The notes beneath the pieces were generated by a model. It was not told where the DNA came from and did not search any database. It saw only the letters and a program-made list of their open reading frames with translations. A stretch of 64,000 nucleotides of DNA, from positions 5,387 through 69,386 of the forward strand of contig CAUDVX010000003.1 of assembly GCA_958452935.1 (NCBI GenBank), written 5' to 3'. Below, piece by piece: positions 57,674 to 64,000 of this stretch. A program made the position numbers and the translations under genes. The DNA comes from an uncultured Collinsella sp. Lineage in GTDB: Bacteria; Actinomycetota; Coriobacteriia; Coriobacteriales; Coriobacteriaceae. Within the stretch, counting starts at the first letter, position 1, and each line of letters begins with the position of its first letter.

Positions 57674-58825
57674 TTACTGTTCGGTTAACGCTGCGGATCG
57701 TTTTGGAAGGCTTACGAGCATGGTAGTCCCGTTCTCGGAACTTGTTTCGACCTCTACAGCGCCACCGTGAAGCGCTGCAATCTCCCAAACAAGCGCTAGC
57801 CCGAGTCCTGCGCCGCCGTATGCCCTGCTGCGGGATTTATCCAGGCGAAAGAACGGTTGGAAGATGCTCTCACGGTACTGCTTGGGTATTCCCGGGCCCT
57901 GGTCCTCGACTCGCAGGAACACGTGGCTGTCGTTGTCGCAGATGGAGACGGTAACGCTCGAGTCGGCGCGGCTATAGCGGATGGCGTTTTCGACCAGGTT
58001 GAACACCAGCCGATAGAGGAGCGCATCGTTCCCGATTACTAAAGCGTCTCCAGCACAATTGAGGGCTATGCCCTTATTTTCGGCAAGTGGCGCAAGGTCG
58101 GTGAGGACCTCTTCGGACAAGGGACCGAGTTCAACATCGTCCTCGCAAGGAACGCTGCGGAGCTCACTCATCTCGAGTAATACCTTGGTCATTCGAGACA
58201 TGCGCTCGGTTTGTTCTTGTAGCAGGCCGAGCAGCTCGGCTGTTTCGGGTTGCAAACCGGAGTGCTCAGAGATGAATAGTTCAATCTGTGCTTGCATAAG
58301 GGCGAGCGGGGTGCGCAGCTCGTGTGCGGCGTTGCCGGTAAACTGACGCTGCGCAGAGAACCCTTCGCCAAGACGGGCGATCATGTCGTTGAAAGAGGCG
58401 CTGCATCGCTGTAGCTCGGTGGGCACATCTTCACTGAGTCTGATTTCGCTTAGGTTGTCAGGCTGCACGCGCTCTACCTGGGCGGCAAAAGCCCGTAGCG
58501 GTTTGAGTGCACGGCCGCTCACAAAGTATGCCAGCGCGCCGCCAAGGAGTGTGACTCCAGCCGTGATGTACCAGGTTGTCGTGCCAAAAGACTCCTGTGC
58601 GTCGTTTACGACGATCGTGACCTTGTCATCGGGGGTCGCTTTCGTTGGGTCGAACGCCTGGGGCGAATCTTCGCCGGTCGCGTTAAGGGCCGAGATGTCA
58701 CTGCCGATGGCATCCATGTAGCGCATGCCCGTATAGCCGACCAGGCAGTTTGTCAGCACGCATGCTGCACACGTGAGCAGTGCCGTCATAATCGTTATGC
58801 GCCATTGCAGCGAAAACCTTTTCAT
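57674..58825 (-). CDS. Sensor histidine kinase
   Basis: HAMP domain, AAHELRTPL, NLVENAIRY, DQGPGI, GAGLGL. Confidence 0.93.
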   Translation of the reverse strand: MKRFSLQWRITIMTALLTCAACVLTNCLVGYTGMRYMDAIGSDISALNATGEDSPQAFDPTKATPDDKVTIVVNDAQESFGTTTWYITAGVTLLGGALAYFVSGRALKPLRAFAAQVERVQPDNLSEIRLSEDVPTELQRCSASFNDMIARLGEGFSAQRQFTGNAAHELRTPLALMQAQIELFISEHSGLQPETAELLGLLQEQTERMSRMTKVLLEMSELRSVPCEDDVELGPLSEEVLTDLAPLAENKGIALNCAGDALVIGNDALLYRLVFNLVENAIRYSRADSSVTVSICDNDSHVFLRVEDQGPGIPKQYRESIFQPFFRLDKSRSRAYGGAGLGLALVWEIAALHGGAVEVETSSENGTTMLVSLPKRSAALTEQ

Positions 58826-59496
58826 TCGCTATCCTCCATAACGTAGCCCTCTCCAATCCGATTGCGAATCGGGTCGTACCCCAAAGCGATGCGTAGCTTT
58901 TTGCGGAGTGACGAGATGTGAACGCGGATTGCGTTGCTAAAGCTGTTCACGCTGCTATCCCAAACGTGCTCGATAAGCTCCTCTTGACTTACCGGACGCC
59001 CCTGATTAAGCATCAGGTATTCCAAGATTCCCGTTTCCTTGCGCGTAAGAGATAAAGCCTCGCTGTCCACGGAAGCGATGCGCGCCTTGGTGTCAAAGCG
59101 GAGCTTTCCGCAGGTTAATACTATGTCGCTTTGTGCAAAGCGCCTGAGGGTAAGGCTGCGGATCCTTGCCGCAAGCTCGTCAAGATGAAACGGCTTGGTA
59201 AGGTAATCGTTGGCGCCGGCATCGAGTCCGGCGACCTTGTCGGCGACCTCGCCGCGTGCGGACAGAATCAGTACCTTGGTCTCGCAGTCGGTTTTCCTAA
59301 GTTCCCTGAGCACGGTCATGCCATCGATACGGGGAAGGTTGAGGTCGAGTACCACGAGGTCAAAGACTTCGACGCCCAGCAGGTCGAGCGCCTCCTGTCC
59401 GTCGTGGCAGCAGTCGACGCTGTACGCCAAGTTTCGCAAGCTGCGCGCGATTGCATCGCACAGCGCTCGCTCGTCTTCGACGATCAAAATACGCAT
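58822..59496 (-). CDS. OmpR-family response regulator
   Basis: MRILIVEDE, LDLNLP, GANDYLTKPF, winged helix. Confidence 0.93.
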   Translation of the reverse strand: MRILIVEDERALCDAIARSLRNLAYSVDCCHDGQEALDLLGVEVFDLVVLDLNLPRIDGMTVLRELRKTDCETKVLILSARGEVADKVAGLDAGANDYLTKPFHLDELAARIRSLTLRRFAQSDIVLTCGKLRFDTKARIASVDSEALSLTRKETGILEYLMLNQGRPVSQEELIEHVWDSSVNSFSNAIRVHISSLRKKLRIALGYDPIRNRIGEGYVMEDSE

Positions 59497-59586
59497 AACA
59501 GTCTCCTTGCACATTCCAAATCGCGCTTAACACGGATTTTATAGTCGATATGGTCCAATGGTCGCGTAACGAAAGGAGTGGTCAGG

Positions 59587-59733
59587 TTGTTCAAAGCGGT
59601 AAAGCCCGTGGTACAGGTCGCTTTGTTGATCGTCGGAATTGCCATGGTGTGCTTTGGTGTTATGCGTGGCGAGGCGGATGCCGTGCTGGCCAAAGCGATT
59701 AGGCTGTGCTTGGAGTGTATCGGAATTGGATAA
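59587..59733 (+). CDS. CD1871A-family small CXXC membrane protein (not in the ORF track)
   Basis: RBS AAAGGAG, TTG start, 48 aa ending KAIRLCLECIGIG*. Confidence 0.75.
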   Translation: MFKAVKPVVQVALLIVGIAMVCFGVMRGEADAVLAKAIRLCLECIGIG

Positions 59734-60628
59734 AAGAGAAAACACTGCGTCGCATGTTTTGGCCCGATTTCGCGGATTCATTCAGGCGGCGACGACGCTG
59801 GTCACCAACATTCACCTGCCAAACTTTGCCAAAGGCGGCATCTATCAGGGCGCGGGAAAAACAGTCTGCGTACCTGGACTTAATTGCTATTCGTGCCCCG
59901 CGGCATCGGGTGCGTGCCCCATCGGGTCGTTCCAGTCGGTGGTAGGTTCATCCAAGTTCAACTTTTCTTACTATGTTACCGGTACGCTCATTTTGCTCGG
60001 CGTGCTGCTGGGACGCTTTGTATGCGGCTTTCTGTGCCCGTTTGGCTGGCTGCAGGAGCTGCTTCATAAGATTCCCGGCAAAAAGTTCTCCACGAAAAAG
60101 CTCAAGCCGCTCACGTACATCAAGTACGTCGTGCTGCTGTTTGCCGTGGTGCTGCTGCCCGTCTTGGTGGTTAACGACGTGGGCATGGGCGACCCGTTCT
60201 TTTGTAAGTACATCTGTCCACAGGGTGTGCTCGAGGGCGCCATTCCGCTGGCCATTGCCAACGCCGGCATTCGATCTGCGCTGGGGCAGCTCTTTACCTG
60301 GAAACTTGCCGTTCTCATTGCCGTGGTAGTGCTGAGCGTTTTGTTCTATCGCCCCTTCTGCAAATGGATTTGTCCACTTGGCGCATTCTATGCGCTCATG
60401 AATAGGGTGTCCCTACTGGGGATTCGGGTTGACGCATGCAAATGTGTCTCGTGCGGCAAGTGTTCAAGGGTTTGTCAGATGGACGTTGATGTGGTCCGCG
60501 CGCCCAATCATGCCGAATGTATCCGGTGCGGAAAGTGCATCGGGGCCTGTCCCGTCGATGCCATCAGCTATCGCTATGGCCTGGATATGTCGGCGGAAAA
60601 GCTTCCCTTGCCCGCCGATAAAAAGTAA
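59726..60628 (+). CDS. Membrane 4Fe-4S binding protein (NapH/MauN-like)
   Basis: CVPGLNCYSCP, CGFLCPFG, CKWICPLG and two CxxCxxC motifs. Confidence 0.85.
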   Translation: MDKRENTASHVLARFRGFIQAATTLVTNIHLPNFAKGGIYQGAGKTVCVPGLNCYSCPAASGACPIGSFQSVVGSSKFNFSYYVTGTLILLGVLLGRFVCGFLCPFGWLQELLHKIPGKKFSTKKLKPLTYIKYVVLLFAVVLLPVLVVNDVGMGDPFFCKYICPQGVLEGAIPLAIANAGIRSALGQLFTWKLAVLIAVVVLSVLFYRPFCKWICPLGAFYALMNRVSLLGIRVDACKCVSCGKCSRVCQMDVDVVRAPNHAECIRCGKCIGACPVDAISYRYGLDMSAEKLPLPADKK

Positions 60629-60651
60629 ACAAGCTTCGACAAAACGGAGGA

Positions 60652-61629
60652 ATGACTATGAAGCTTTCTAAGATTGCGGCCCTGTTTATGGTGCCGGTAT
60701 TGGCCTTATGCCTTGTGGCATGTTCGGCGCCCGGTGGCAATGCGAGCGAATCTGCGAGCTCCGACCCTAAGATCGCAGAACTCACTGCGCAGAAGCCGGC
60801 CAATGCCGACGAGGCCGCCGAGCTGTATGCGAAGCTCATGCAGAAGGAGAACGAGATCTTTTCGAGTGATAACGCGCTGTGGGAAAAGGTATTCAATGCG
60901 GCAAATAAAGGCTCGGCAATGATTGAGGACGGCAGCAATTACGGCGATTTTCTGCTCAAGACCATCGACGGTGCCAAGGATGAGTTCACGGCGGATGAGC
61001 TTAAGACGCTCAAGACCGGTGCACAGCAGATCAAGGAGATCGAGGACAAGCTCGAGAGCTTGGAGAAGGAGTTCCCCGGCTGTGGAAGCACGCCGAGCGC
61101 AGGCGAGAGCGTCGACGCTTCGACCGCTGGCATGACGGCTGGTGCCAATGCTTCGAGCGAGGCGACGAAGTTCCCCAGCTTTACGGGCAAGGACCTGGAT
61201 GGCAACGACGTGAGCAGCGACGAGCTGTTCTCTAAGAACAAGGTCACCGTCATGAACTTCTGGTTCACTACTTGCAAGCCGTGCGTGGGCGAGTTGGGCG
61301 ACCTTGAGGACCTGAATAAGGAGCTTGCCAAGAAGGGCGGCCAGGTCGTGGGTGTCAATTCCTTTACGCTCGATGGCAACAAGGGCGAGATTGCAGATGC
61401 CAAGGACGTGCTGAGCAAGAAGGGCGTGACGTATAAGAACATCTGGTTCAAGTCGGATAGCGAGGCCGGTAAGTTTACGTCAAATTTGTTCTCGTTCCCG
61501 ACAACGTATGTCATCGATCAGAATGGCAACATCGTAGGGGATCCAATCGTGGGAGCCATCAGCTCCGCCGAGCAGCGCGCAGCACTCGACAAGCTTATCG
61601 ACCAGGCGATTGCGAATAGCGAGCAGTAA
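60652..61629 (+). CDS. TlpA-family thiol-disulfide oxidoreductase lipoprotein
   Basis: LVAC lipobox; NFWFTTCKPC; FPTTYVID. Confidence 0.85.
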   Translation: MTMKLSKIAALFMVPVLALCLVACSAPGGNASESASSDPKIAELTAQKPANADEAAELYAKLMQKENEIFSSDNALWEKVFNAANKGSAMIEDGSNYGDFLLKTIDGAKDEFTADELKTLKTGAQQIKEIEDKLESLEKEFPGCGSTPSAGESVDASTAGMTAGANASSEATKFPSFTGKDLDGNDVSSDELFSKNKVTVMNFWFTTCKPCVGELGDLEDLNKELAKKGGQVVGVNSFTLDGNKGEIADAKDVLSKKGVTYKNIWFKSDSEAGKFTSNLFSFPTTYVIDQNGNIVGDPIVGAISSAEQRAALDKLIDQAIANSEQ

Positions 61630-61883
61630 AAAACGCGTAAAGCATCGCGAGGATCGTGTGTCGCTGTGCGAAGTAGTCCGCTACCTTTCAAGATAAGCTC
61701 CACCATATAGAGGTCCCGCTCGGGACCTCTTCTTTTGGGCGCCGTCCCGTTCGTTTTTTGGCGCGGTTCCCTACATTCCTCACTGGCGCCGGCAAAAATT
61801 GGGGATAGAGTAGGACAAACGCGTCGAATACGAACGGCGGGGGAGAGCGGGTGAACGTGCCCGCGCGGGAGAGGTTGCCGTCC

Positions 61884-64000
<2,117 letters not shown>

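Overview
High-GC chromosomal segment, most consistent with a gut Coriobacteriia (Collinsella-like) genome; the taxon is inferred from GC content, codon style and gene content. Positions ~1-44.9 kb are accessory DNA, divided by five same-orientation copies of a 12-bp core GAGTGGGARTAR (9566, 14315, 19647, 34613, 38100). This core reads E-W-E-stop, like the 3' end of guaA, and three copies carry conserved arm-type repeats at nearly identical spacing. I read this as a tandem array of islands accreted at a guaA-type attachment site. The segments are: (1) the end of an ICE/IME (VirD4-like coupling protein, MobL/MobP3-type relaxase, AAA_25 ATPase, tyrosine integrase, xis, double-HTH repressor, DUF3800); (2) a divergent mef/msr macrolide-resistance pair with a leader-peptide attenuator; (3) a second DUF3800 gene, Xre and NERD genes; (4) a TenpN-like type III toxin plus a redox/aldehyde-detoxification gene cluster; (5) a PadR/DUF1700 operon truncated by an IS3 end; (6) an AAA-DUF4143 ATPase, three class-M-like sirtuins and small regulators. 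Both DUF3800 genes sit behind a similar promoter + short structured RNA + terminator unit, a candidate RNA-antitoxin system. The remainder has a divergent type IIA topoisomerase B/A pair, an ATPase-DUF234 gene, a large surface protein with Tat-like and sortase-like signals, LuxR, a two-component system, a CXXC/4Fe-4S/TlpA operon and a partial ABC transporter. No rRNA, tRNA or CRISPR array was recognised. All family calls come from motif recognition by eye, not from database searches.
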